A stretch of 64,000 bases of DNA, from the NCBI GenBank assembly GCA_964016885.1, contig OZ024743.1:219418001-219482000 (forward strand), in the 5' to 3' direction. The translations under genes were made by a program, and so were the position numbers. The stretch's first letter is position 1, and each line of letters opens with the position of its first letter. This DNA comes from Eledone cirrhosa. Its lineage: Eukaryota. Under the pieces are notes generated by a model, which saw only the letters and a list, made by a program, of their open reading frames with translations, was not told the origin of the DNA and did not search any database. This document shows positions 39,749-51,688 of this stretch, piece after piece.

Positions 39749-42255
39749 CCGGCTGAAAATTTGTCACACCAAAATCAATATCATGGTGTGATGTAGTATA
39801 GTCATTTTCGACAGGCTTCCATGTCATAATTATTGATAAGTGGGAAAAAAATAGTCAATTGGGAGCACCTTTAATGTCAGATTGAGTGGTAAGCACACAC
39901 AGAAAAAAAAAAAAAAAAACGAAACGGGAAGAAAATGTTTCACACCAAGATCAATAGCTTGGTGTGATGTAGTATGGTGTAACTTGATATGGTGTGGTTT
40001 GGTGAAGTTATGAAATGGAAACCAATTGTAAACGATAGATTCCATGTCATATTCATTGATAATGTGTGGGGAAAATAGTCATTTGCAAGCACCTTTGATG
40101 TTAGTTTGAGGTGGTAACCACAAAAAAAAAAAAAAAAAAGCAGGTAGCAAATTTGTCACATTGATGTCCTTACCATGTTCTGATGTAAATGGTAGGAGTA
40201 AGTGATCTGTAATAAATTTACCATATAGTGAAGTATGGTTATGGTGAATTTATTGTGTGGATTGGGGTAGATTAATGTGCTGTGGTGTGCTTTGTTATAA
40301 GTGAGGATTTAAATTTCCACTTTGATTTATGTTAGAAAAAAAATGTTTCCTTCATTTTTGTATGTGCTATCAACTTCCAAGATGCTCGCAGTGGACTATG
40401 CTTTTAGCATATTAACAAAAAATATGACTTCCGCTGCAATAAAAAATGACTAGCTTTGTAAATGGTATTTCCACCCACATCCTCCCTCTTTTTTCTACAA
40501 TGCTAGTCATTTTCATCAGGTTTCCATGTCATAACAATTGATAATATGTGCATAAAATAGTAATTTGCGAGCACCATTTATGTCAAATTGGGCGGTAAGC
40601 ACGAAAAAAAAAAAAAAAAAAAAATTGCCGGCTGAAAATTTGTCACACCAAAATCAATATCTTTGTGTGATGTAGTATAGTCATTTTCGACAGGCTTCCA
40701 TGTCATAATTATTGATAAGTGGAAAAAAAATAGTCAATTGGGAGCACCTTTAATGTCAGATTGGGTGGTAAGCACACACACACAAAAAAAAAAAAAGGAA
40801 ACAGGAAGAAAATGTTTCACACCAAGATCAATAGCTTGGTGTGATGTAGTATGGTGTAACTTGATATGGTGTGGTTTGGTGAAGTTATGAAATGGAAACC
40901 AATTGTAAACGATAGATTCCATGTCATATTCATTGATAATGTGTGGGGAAAATAGTCATTTGCAAGCACCTTTGATGTTAGTTTGAGGTGGTAACCACGA
41001 AAAAAAAAAAAAAGTAGCAGGTAGCAAATTTGTCACATTGATGTCCATACCATGTTGTGATGTAAATGGTAGGAGTAAGTGTTCTGTAATAAATTTACCA
41101 TATAGTGAAGTATGGTTATGGTGAATTTATGGTGTGGATTGGGGTAGATTAATGTGCTGTGGTGTGCTTTGTTATAAGTGAGGATTTAAATTTCCACTTT
41201 GATTTATGTTAGAAAAAAAATGTTTCCTTCATTTTTGTATGTGCTATCAACTTCCAAGATGCTCGCAGTGGACTATGCTTTTAGCATATTAACAAAAAAT
41301 ATGACTTCTGCTGCAATAAAAAATGACTAGCTTTGTAAATGGTATTTCCACCCACATCCTCCCTCTTTTTTCTACAATGCTAGTCATTTTCATCAGGTTT
41401 CCATGTCATAACAATTGATAATATGTGCATAAAATAGTAATTTGCGAGCACCATTTATGTCAAATTGAGTGGTAAGCACAAAAAAAAAAAAAAAAAAAAA
41501 ATTGCCGGCTGAAAATTTGTCACACCAAAATCAATATCATGGTGTGATGTAGTATAGTCATTTTCGACAGGCTTCCATGTCATAATTATTGATAAGTGGG
41601 AAAAAAATAGTCAATTGGGAGCACCTTTAATGTCAGATTGGGTGGTAAGCACACACACACAAAAAAAAAAAAAGGAAACAGGAAGAAAATGTTTCACACC
41701 AAGATCAATAGCTTGGTGTGATGTAGTATGGTGTAACTTGATATGGTGTGGTTTGGTGAAGTTATGAAATGGAAACCAATTGTAAACGATAGATTCCATG
41801 TCATATTCATTGATAATGTGTGGGGAAAATAGTCATTTGCAAGCACCTTTGATGTTAGTTTGAGGTGGTAACCACAAAAAAAAAAAAAAAAAGCAGGTAG
41901 CAAATTTGTCACATTGATGTCCTTACCATGTTCTTATGTAAATGGTAGGAGTAAGTGATCTGTAATAAATTTACCATATAGTGAAGTATGGTTATGGTGA
42001 ATTTATTGTGTGGATTGGGGTAGATTAATGTGCTGTGGTGTGCTTTGTTATAAGTGAGGATTTAAATTTCCACTTTGATTTATGTTAGAAAAAAAATGTT
42101 TCCTTCATTTTTGTATGTGCTATCAACTAATACAACTTCCAAGATGCTCGCAGTGGACTATGCTTTTAGCATATTAACAAAAAATATGACTTCCGCTGCA
42201 ATAAAAAATGACTAGCTTTGTAAATGGTATTTCCACCCACATCCTCCCTCTTTTG
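39290..42255. repeat. Tandem array, ~877-893-bp unit, about 3.3 copies
   Basis: aaatggtaggagta recurs near 39294, 40187, 41064 and 41940; the ORF track shows the same peptides repeated. Confidence 0.92.
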
Positions 42256-42484
42256 ATGAGAAGGGGGAAACAGTGTTTAACTAATTTTAACATTACATGT
42301 AGCATCCATCTACAGGTGATTAAGTTAAGACTGAAGTGTAATCATATGAAAAGGTCAATTTAAAACTACACTGAGATTCTGCTTAAAATGATGGTCAATG
42401 AAGTGTTTACTTACTCAGATCCTTTGAAATAACTTTCTCTTACTGTAACTGGACAAACCTCCGAAATAGAAAACAGTCGAATAG

Positions 42485-43290
42485 ACAGTGGTGTGGTGTA
42501 GTATAGTGTGGTGTGGTGTAGTGTAGTGTGGTGTAGTGGAGTGTGGTTTAGTGTAGTGGAGTGTGGTTTAGTGTAGTGGACAGTGGTGTGGTGTAGTGTA
42601 GTGGAGTGGAGTGTGGTTTAGTGTAGTGGAGAGTGGTGTGGTGTAGTGTAGTGTAGTGTAGTGGAGTGGAGTGTGGTTTAGTGTAGTGGACAGTGGTGTG
42701 GTGTAGTGGAGTGTGGTTCAATGTAGGGTGGGGGATATGGTGTAGTGGAGTGTGGTGGGATGTAGCGTTGTAGCATGTGGTGTGATGGCATGTGATATGA
42801 TGTGATGAAATGTGATGTGATGAAATGTGGTGTGGTGTGGTGAAATGAGGCGAGGCGAGGTGAAATGAGGCGAGGCGAGGCGAGGCGTGGTAAGGCGAGG
42901 CATGGCTTTGCGAGGCAAGGCAAGGCGAGGGTTTGCGAGGCTTTGCGAGGTGAGGCGAGGTGAGGCTTTGCGAGGCGTGACGTGGCGAGGCGAGGCTTTG
43001 TGAGGCGAGGCGAGGCTTTGCAAGGCGTGGCGAGGCGAGGAGAGGCTTTGCGAGGCCAGGCATTGTGAGGCTTTGCGAGGCTTAGCGTGGCGAGGCGAGG
43101 TGAGGCTTTGCGAGGCGTAGTGAGGCGAGGCGTGGGGAGGCTTTGCGAGGCGAGGCGAGGCGAGGCTTTGCGATGCGAGGCTTTGCAAGGCGTGGCGAGG
43201 TGAGGCGAGGCTTTGCGAGGCAAGGCTTTGCGAGGCGAGGTGAGGCGAGGCTTTGCGAGGCGAGGCGAGGCGAGATGAGATGAGATGAGC
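42485..43290. repeat. Pentanucleotide compound satellite (GTGTR changing to GAGGC/GCTTT)
   Basis: Directly visible. Confidence 0.92.
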
Positions 43291-43659
43291 TATCAACTAA
43301 TCCAATCTCCAAGATGCTTGAAACTGACTTTTTTCCCCCCAGGAAAACGGTGGGGTGAGGTGGTTCCCCCTTCACCCGGATAACCCCTGCTTACTCGGAA
43401 TTTTCTCTTTGATTCTATTTTCATGCGTTATCAGTGAATATGACTTCCAAACCAGTCAAAAACAACTAGCTTTAGAGAAAGAGGAGAGGAAGAGGGGAAG
43501 AGCTTTGCAGATCTACACCCCACTCACATGTTGTGGGACTTTTCATTTTCGGTATATTTCCTGTGCTATTTCCTATGCTATTTCCTATGCTATTTCCTGT
43601 GCTATTTCCTGTGCTATTAATTAATCTGACCTCCTAGATGCTTCCAATCAACTTATTTC

Positions 43660-43995
43660 CCTGGGTTAGGTTTAGGGTTTAGTTTTAGGGTTGGGGTAAA
43701 GTTTAGGGTTTAGTTTTAGGGTTGGGGTAATGTTTAGGGTCTTGTTTTAGGGTTGGGGTAAAGTTTAGGGTTTAGTTTTAAGTTTAGGGTTTAGTTTTAG
43801 GTTTGGGGTAATGTTTAGGGTTTAGTTTTAGGGTTGGGGTAATGTTTAGGGTTTAGTTTTATGGTTGGGGTATAGTTTAGGGTATAGTTTAAGGGTTGGG
43901 GTAATGTTTATATTTAGATTTAGCTTTGTTTGGTTTAGATTTAGAGTTTAGGGTTGGGGCTAGATTTAATTTTATGTTTAATTTAGTTTTAGTTT
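43660..43995. repeat. Degenerate TTAGGG-like interstitial repeat with ~30-bp higher-order unit
   Basis: gtttagggtttagttttagggttggggtaa(a/t) repeated. Confidence 0.85.
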
Positions 43996-44334
43996 CCAAA
44001 TCCCAGGAAAAAAAAATTGATTCAGAGCAACTAAAAGGTCAGATTAGTTGATATCACTCAAAAAAAGACCGAAGAAAATTCATTAGGGTATATATCTACA
44101 AAACGACAATGGTTTTTCCACCTGCTTTATCCCTCCTTTTTTCAAGAACAACTAATCATTTCCAACTGGTTTGGAGGTCATATTCGTTGATAACATACGA
44201 AAAATCTTAGAGAAAACTCTGGGGTTAAATGAGAGATGTGCATCCACCTAAGTTTTCCATGAAGAGAGAGTCAATAACAAACATCTTCGAGATCAGATTA
44301 GTTGATAACACATGAAAAAAAGATGAGGAAAAAA

Positions 44335-44835
44335 TGTTGGGTGTTATGTGGTGTGGAGTAGTGTGGTGTGATGTAGTGAGGTGTGGTGTGTTGTGGTGTT
44401 ATGTGGTGTGGAGTAGTGTGGTGTGTTGTAGTGATGAGTGGTGTGTTGTGTTGTGGTGTGGAGTGTGTGGAGTGGTGTGTTGTGTTGTGTTGTGTTGTGT
44501 TGTGTTGTGTTGTGTTGTGTTGTGTTGTGTTGTGTTGTGTTGTGGAGTGGTGTGTTGTGGTGTGTTGTGGTGTGTTGTGGTGTGTTGTGGTGTGTTGTGG
44601 TGTGTTGTGGTGTGTTGTGGTGTGTTGTGGTGTGTTGTGTTGTGGTGTGGAGTGTTGTGGTGTGGTGTGGTGTGGAGTGGTGTGGTGTGGAGTGGTGTGG
44701 TGTGGAGTGGTGTGTTGTGTTGTGGTGTGGAGTAGTGTGGTGTAGTGTTGTATGTTTTTATGTGGTGTGGTGAAGTGTGGTGTGATGTGGTGCGGTGCAC
44801 TGCGATGTGGTGTGGTGCAGTGTGGTGTTGTGCAG
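44335..44835. repeat. (TGTGT/TGTGG)n pentanucleotide microsatellite
   Basis: Directly visible. Confidence 0.92.
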
Positions 44836-45030
44836 TGAGGTTCTTCATCTTTATCTTTCTCTTCTTCATCTTTGTATTCATCTTCTTTGTTTTGTCTTCC
44901 ATCTAAACAAAAAAAAATATATAAAACATATATGTAGCCAATCTCTCAGACTTTTACGAAGCTCCGGGGAGATAAATTTAATATAAGTGGTGTGTTCCTG
45001 AACAGAGATACTACAAAATAGCTTAAAAGC

Positions 45031-45062
<32 letters not shown>

Positions 45063-45221
45063 AATAAATATACACGGGTGTGTATGATTGTGTATAGAAG
45101 ACTATATTAATAAAAGGAATTCCAACTTTGTCTGATTTACTCGTTTTATTTACAATCCTTTAAAATTATAATGGTATTAGAATGAAATAGTATGGTAGAA
45201 TATTAAGTGTTAAGTGTTAAT

Positions 45222-45260
45222 TGAACAAGTAATTTCATGCTTTCGCAATCTTCAGGTTCA
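45222..45260 (-). ncRNA. Minimal hammerhead motif, inverted copy (loop III gtac to ttac)
   Basis: Part of inverted repeat 45187-45262 / 45567-45643. Confidence 0.75.
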
Positions 45261-45568
45261 TAGCTAAATGAACAATAATAATTCTTAGGGGTATAAAAAC
45301 CCTAGAAAATGTTATTTACATCATTTCTAAAAATAGCAAAACAATTGATGCTTTGGATAGAGCCAAATAGAAGTCGTTAGACATGCTCAACCAACCATGA
45401 CGCCTAAACCAATCAGCTTCAGTAATCCAGTGAAACTACACACCAATTGGTCGAAATACAGTTTGCAAAATTTAGCATTCTGTAGCCACTTTTCACTGTA
45501 TATAAGGCACAAAATTTACCCATCTCATTACAGTTGAAAATTGCAAACTTGACTGTCACCACAGAATA

Positions 45569-45607
45569 TGAACCTGAAGATTGCGAAAGCATGAAAGTAC
45601 TTGTTCA
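45569..45607 (+). ncRNA. Minimal type I hammerhead ribozyme motif
   Basis: tgaac CTGAAGA t-tgc-gaaa-gca-t GAAA gtac TT gttca; palindromic AAGTACTT in stem/loop III. Confidence 0.85.
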
Positions 45608-46394
45608 ATTAACATTTAACACTTAATATTCTACCATACTATTCAGATTACATCTATAAAATTCAGATTACATCTATATATATATACACATACATATATA
45701 TATACATTCATATATATACATACATACACACATATACATATATACAAATACACATATACATGCATATATATATACACATATACATATATATACATGCATA
45801 TATATACATATACAATATGTATAGGATTCCTTTCCCTTTGAGCACATAATTTACAGGGAATAACGCGACTATGGCTCCGTTAATTTATCTTCATATATAT
45901 ATATCCATACACACACAATATATACATACACACATATATATATATACATACACACACACACATATGCATACACACACATATATGCATACACACACATATA
46001 TATACATACACACATATATATACATACACACACATATATATACATACACACATATATATACATACACACATATATATACATACACACATATATATACATA
46101 CACACACATATATACATACACACACATATATATATAGATATACATACATATATATATATATACATATATAGAGATTCATACATACACACACACATATATA
46201 TATGTATAAAGTACTTGACGATGAGCATTCTAGTTGTTCAATAAACTGATTGAATAATACAAACGATGTTTTAATATACAGATTCATTATTTGTGTATAT
46301 ATAATATATACAAAGCAAATAAATTTACAGTAGACTAACATAGCAAATATGTTTTAAATATATACATAACATTATAAATTGCTCGCGATTCTTT

Positions 46395-49300
46395 CAGAAG
46401 GATATATTCCTTTAATGTTGCAATACGCTCAAATGAAGAAAGGCCAGTATGTATCCATTACAGGAGCAACAAGTGCAAACATGGTCTTTCAGGTAAAGGG
46501 TGCACGTACAGTCACCCCAAACCATGCAAACCATATATCAACTTCGGTACTGATCGAAAAAAAGGATGCCAAAATGGCCGAAAATGTGAACTCTTTCACC
46601 CAAAGATGTGCCGCAATTCGCTGAGAATTGCAAATTTATGCACCGGAAGGGTATAATTCGCATAAAAACTACTGAACCCACACCACCAGGACCAAGCTCA
46701 GCAGGGTATGAAAACCATTTCCCAAAAATGCAGAAACCAGGACATGGCTCAACAGTGAATGAAAATCATGCTACTCAATTGCACACATCAGCTGTAACAA
46801 ACCCAAACTCGCAGAAATTCGATACAGTAATGAATGAAAGCAGTTTTTTAGGCATAATCTACCAACTACAACAACAGCTGTACTCCATACAGATGACTCA
46901 GCAAAACCAGGCAACATTGATACAAAGGCTGACACCTGGACTTACAGGGCACATACAACAAATACAGACAGCCCAGCAGACCGAATATCCAGTCAGCACA
47001 GTCCCAGCAACTACAACAGTCTTGCCAACAATAGGGCAGATGTATCCGGTACAACAAGCATAATAACAGCAAATATCCAGGGTCTTTATCCGAAAACAAA
47101 ACAGTGTAAAGTCCCTTTCTTGGAAGACTTAGCAACAGAAAACAACTCCAAAATAATTGGAATTACTGAAAGTCATCTCAACGAAAACATCCGCAACAGC
47201 GAAATCTCAATCAATGGATTCAACATCAGATGTGATAGACAAGGCAGATCCCATGGGGGCGTTATCATGTATATCCATGATACCTATGCATGCATAGAAC
47301 TTGTCAATGAATCAAATGCCTACTGCAACCTGCTGTGCATATAAATCATCCAACTTAATACAGTTGTAACAATAATGTACAGACCGCCAAACAGCCCAAC
47401 ATTATCCTTCACTGAGCCACTGACAAAGCTCCAACAAATTCTGGGAAACATGGCGAGTCCAATGCCAGACATTATCCTCCTTGGTGACTTCAACTTCCCT
47501 AACATCTTCTGGCCACATGGACACATACTAACACTGGGGACAAAAGCTGAACAAATACAGGCAGCCAAACTGTTGGAAGTCACAGAGAAATTATACCTCA
47601 AACAAATGGTGACAGAAGCAACTAGAAATAATAATACGATCGACTTGGTTTTCACCAACAACGAGGACACACTATTTGACCTTCACTCAACCCCAACAAT
47701 CCTTTCAGACCACAATATTATTGAAATGCATTTACACATTGGTAATGAGCCCAATGCCACAACTCTTAAACAAAAGGACATGCCAAAGCTATGCAGGTAT
47801 GATTATCACCAGGCAAATTGGGAAACTATTAACAACCAGTTACAAATCATTGACTGGGATCTCTACCTTACTGGACCAGATAAACACAAGAAATTCTTAA
47901 ACAAGATCGAAGAAATATGTGCAAAAAATATTCCTCTTAAGAAAACCAAATCCACAAAAAAACCTGTACCACGGGAGCGAAAGATCCTGATGCGCAAAAG
48001 GTCAAGACTAAGAAACAAAACATCTAAGCTGACATCAAAACATGAACTACAGAAAGTCCTTGACCAAATATACAGATTAGAAGACAATCTAAAACAACAC
48101 TATGATGAAGAACGTAACAATGCAGAAAAGAGAGCCATAGAAAACATCAAGAAAAATCCAAAATGTTTCTACAGTTTTGCAAAGAAATACTCGAATACCA
48201 AGTCAACAATAGGACCTCTCCAGAGACAAAATGGGGATGTAGTGAATAACCCTATTGAAATGGCATAAATGTTGGGTCAACAGTATGAAAGTGTCTTCAG
48301 TGAGCCATCTAAAACCATGAAGATCCATGACCCAGGAGAATTCTTCAAGGATATCGACCATACTAAACCGACTCTATCCGACATTGATTTCAACCCAGAA
48401 GACATAGAAAGAGCCATAGACAAGCTCTCCATGCACTCGGCTGCGGGACCTGATGGTTTCAATGCCATGATACTTAAAAACTGCAAGGTACAATTGTTGA
48501 AACCCCTTTACATGATATGGAAGGAATCTATGGAGAATGGCAAAATACCAAATACATATAAAGAAGCACACATAACTCCAATACATAAAGGGGACAGCAA
48601 ATCAAAACCAAAGAACTACCGACCAATCTCACTGACATCACACATTATCAAGGTCTTCGAAAGAATAGTTCGTGGAAAACTGGTTGAGTTCCTGGAATCC
48701 AACAATCTGATGAATTGCAATCAGCATGGATTCAGGTTAGGTTGATCATGTCTTTCCCAACTACTGGCACACCATGACCAAATCCCAGAAAATCTAGAGA
48801 ATGGATACAACACAGATGTTATTTACCTCGACTTTGCCAAGGCATTTGACAAGGTAGATCATGGCATCCTAGGACACAAACTTCGAAAGCTAGGAGTAGG
48901 AGGAAAAGTTGGTACATGGATACATGAGTTCCTTACAAATAGAACTCAAACAGTCACTGTGAATGGAACCCATTCAACACCATCACCTGTGACCAGCAGT
49001 GTTCCTCAGGGTACAGTACTCGGCCCGATCCTGTTTCTCATCCTCATCTCTGACATAGATGAAGATACAACCAGCAACGTCTCATCCTTTGCTGATGACA
49101 CCAGGGTCATGAGACAAATCAAAGACGAGGTGGATACAGAGGCCTTACAAAAGGACCTAACCACCATATACAAATGGCAGGAAACAAACAACATGTTGTT
49201 CAATGATAAGAAGTTTGAACTAATTCGCTACGGAACAGATCAAGATCTGAAAAATACAACAAACTACAGAAACCCATCAGGACAACAAATAATGGAAAAA

Positions 49301-50060
49301 CAGTGTGTGAAAGATTTAGGCATCCACATGGGAACCAGCCTAAAATTCAGAGAACACCTTGACTCAGTCTGTCTTACTGCAAGAAAGTACAGCGGGTGGA
49401 TCTTGCGCACCTTCAAATCAAGAGATACCTCAACAATTAAAACCCTCTGGAACAGTATGGTACTTCCGAGGATTGACTACTGTTCTCAGTTGTGGTCACC
49501 AACAACAAAGGGCCAACTATCTAAGATGGAATCGCTCCAAAGAAATTTTACCTCATACTTCTCAGAAACGAGGGACCTGGACGATTGGCAAAGACTCAAA
49601 ACCTTGAAGATGTACTCAATAGAAAGAAGATTTGAGCGATACCGAATTATATACATTTGGAAAATGATAGAGCAAAAGGTGCCAAACTTTGGTATCAAAA
49701 CCTACCACTCACTGCACCACGGAAGACGCTGCCAGCTACCACCAATCAACAAAAGGGCTGGCCGGGCAGCAAAAACCCTGCGAGAGTCAAGTCTGTTGGT
49801 TTTAGGGGCACAACTATTCAACTCCATTCCGGTACATGTCAGAAATCTATCAGGATGCAGTGTGGAATCATTCAAATTGCAGCTGGATAGATACTTAAGC
49901 ACCATTAGAGATGAACCCCATCTCCCAGGATATACACAGCGAGCACAAACTGACTCAAACTCGCTCCTACACATGTCAAAATTAAACAGAGAATCCAACC
50001 TGGCAACCACACCAGACTGAGGGTGGAGTCTTCGACTTGGCCTGAGAATGGACTCAAACT
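46395..50060 (+). mobile_element. CR1-type LINE: partial ORF1 with CCCH fingers and near-complete but disrupted APE-RT ORF2
   Basis: ORF1 frame from 46444 reads PVCIHYRSNKCKHGLSGKGCTYSHPKPCKPY...GCQNGRKCELFHPK; ORF2 has ITESHL, YRPP, LGDFNFP, SDH, NYRPISLTS, QHGFR, VPQGTVLGP, FADD; several in-frame stops. Confidence 0.92.
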
Positions 50061-50222
50061 CAAATGAAATATTAAAGAAAATATACGTATATATATACAT
50101 ACATATATTTATGCAACTAAGGAAAGTTCTACTTTGGCACAAGCCAGCAATTACTCAGTGTATTACTGGTACTTTATTTTATTGACCCCATAAGGATGAA
50201 AGGCAAAGTTAACCTCGGCGGG

Positions 50223-50479
50223 TTATAATAATAAACAAGAAAGACGGTATCATTTGCCCATCCCTATTTATTTTATTATGCGTGTTTCATTTGTATAACA
50301 TCTGCCCTACGTGTTCTCATATCAACGGATATCAACGGATATTTACATCTTGCATGGATTTTTGTCGGAAGAAAACACGTAGGGCAGATATTATACAAAT
50401 GATATATGTCTTCGAAATAAGTATAATAAAATAAATAGGGATCAACAAGTGATACCGTCTTTCTTCTTTATTATTATAT

Positions 50480-50480
<1 letters not shown>
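50223..50480. repeat. Palindromic ~250-bp element; second copy at 56725-56958
   Basis: Nested arms aagaaagacggtatca / tgataccgtctttctt and atttgtataa(c/t)atctgccctacgtgtt / aacacgtagggcagatattatacaaat. Confidence 0.85.
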
Positions 50481-50511
<31 letters not shown>

Positions 50512-51026
50512 GTGAAATATATATATATATATATATAATATGTTGAAAAGGTAACACACTAAAGGCTTTATCTCACATAATATCGAGTCTAAGATATTTT
50601 GATATTATTTATTTTGAGAACAATACCTTAACATCAGTATGAGTAGCTAGTTATGGTCGGTCTGAACAGAAAGAGCTGAGAGAATTCTGGCCGGATACAG
50701 CCAGTTTAAATGCTAAAGGGTTAAATTATATTCCAAACACCAGCTTAATTATGAAAAAGTTAGTTAAATCACTCCAAATTCTTGATTATTTATAAAGATT
50801 ATTTGAAACATAAACAGTGTCTTTCATTAGAAATATGGAAACAAAAGGGTTTATCTACCTAAAAATCTTCCACCATATTTTAAGAATCTTCGTTAAGTTA
50901 TGTTCCAAATACCAGTTTAATTATGAGAAAGTTAGTTATATTACTAAAACACTCAAAAGTCTTCATAAATTTCGAAATTATTTGAAACTCATAAGCAGTA
51001 ACTCTCCTGGTAATGAAAGGATTTAA

Positions 51027-51619
51027 CCTTTAGCATTTACATTACTCTATATATACTCTTGTATTTTTATCTAACATTATATCAAATCTATGAGATTTTG
51101 ATATTTATTTTGAGAACAATACCTGAGCATAAATACAAGTGGCCAGTTACAGCTGGTTTGAACAGAAAGAGGTGAGAGAATTCTGGCCAGATACGGCCAG
51201 TTTAAATGCTACATTTACATTACTCTATATTTACTATTATATGTTCATGGTAAAGGCTTTACCTCACATAATTATCTCACATAATATCGAATCTGAGATT
51301 TTGATATTATTTATGTTGAGAATAGGCGGTGGATTGGCAGTATCGGTAGAGGGTCGGACGCCATGCTTTCCAGCATAGTTACGTCCCTTTACGATCAGAG
51401 TTCAAATCCCGCCGTGGTTGACTTTGCCTTTCATCCTTACGGGGTCGATAAAATAAAGTACCAGTAATGCACTGGGTAATTGCTGGCCTTGTGCCTAAAG
51501 TAGAAACAATTATTTATGTTGAGAATAATACCTTAACATCAGTATGAGCAGCCGGCTACAGCCGGTTTGAACAGAAAAAGATGAGCTGGTCAGATACAGC
51601 TGGTTTATATGCTAAAGGG
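51027..51619. mobile_element. piggyBac-like MITE composite containing a SINE insertion
   Basis: TTAA-CCTTTAGCATTTA ... TGCTAAAGGG-TTAA. Confidence 0.65.
51325..51508 (+). mobile_element. Full-length tRNA-derived SINE with target-site duplication; relatives at ~625-705, 14220-14345, 50120-50222, 63060-63270
   Basis: TGGCAGTATCGGTAG A-box, GAGTTCAAATCCC B-box; tatttatgttgagaata duplicated on both sides. Confidence 0.88.
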
Positions 51620-51688
51620 TTAAGTAAACTGTATTCCTCAATGTTTTATCAATAAAAAATGGAAGTATATTCGGTACTAAATATAATT

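Noticed and set aside
43660-43995. True telomere or chromosome fusion site
   Set aside because: Repeats are degenerate, single-orientation, short and embedded in a composite repeat.
42548-44902. SPRLA-, HHTT- and CCVVL-repeat ORFs
   Set aside because: Pentanucleotide satellites open in several frames; no coding signal.
51325-51420. tRNA genes (A/B-box sequences)
   Set aside because: They continue into SINE cores and tails and do not form a full cloverleaf.
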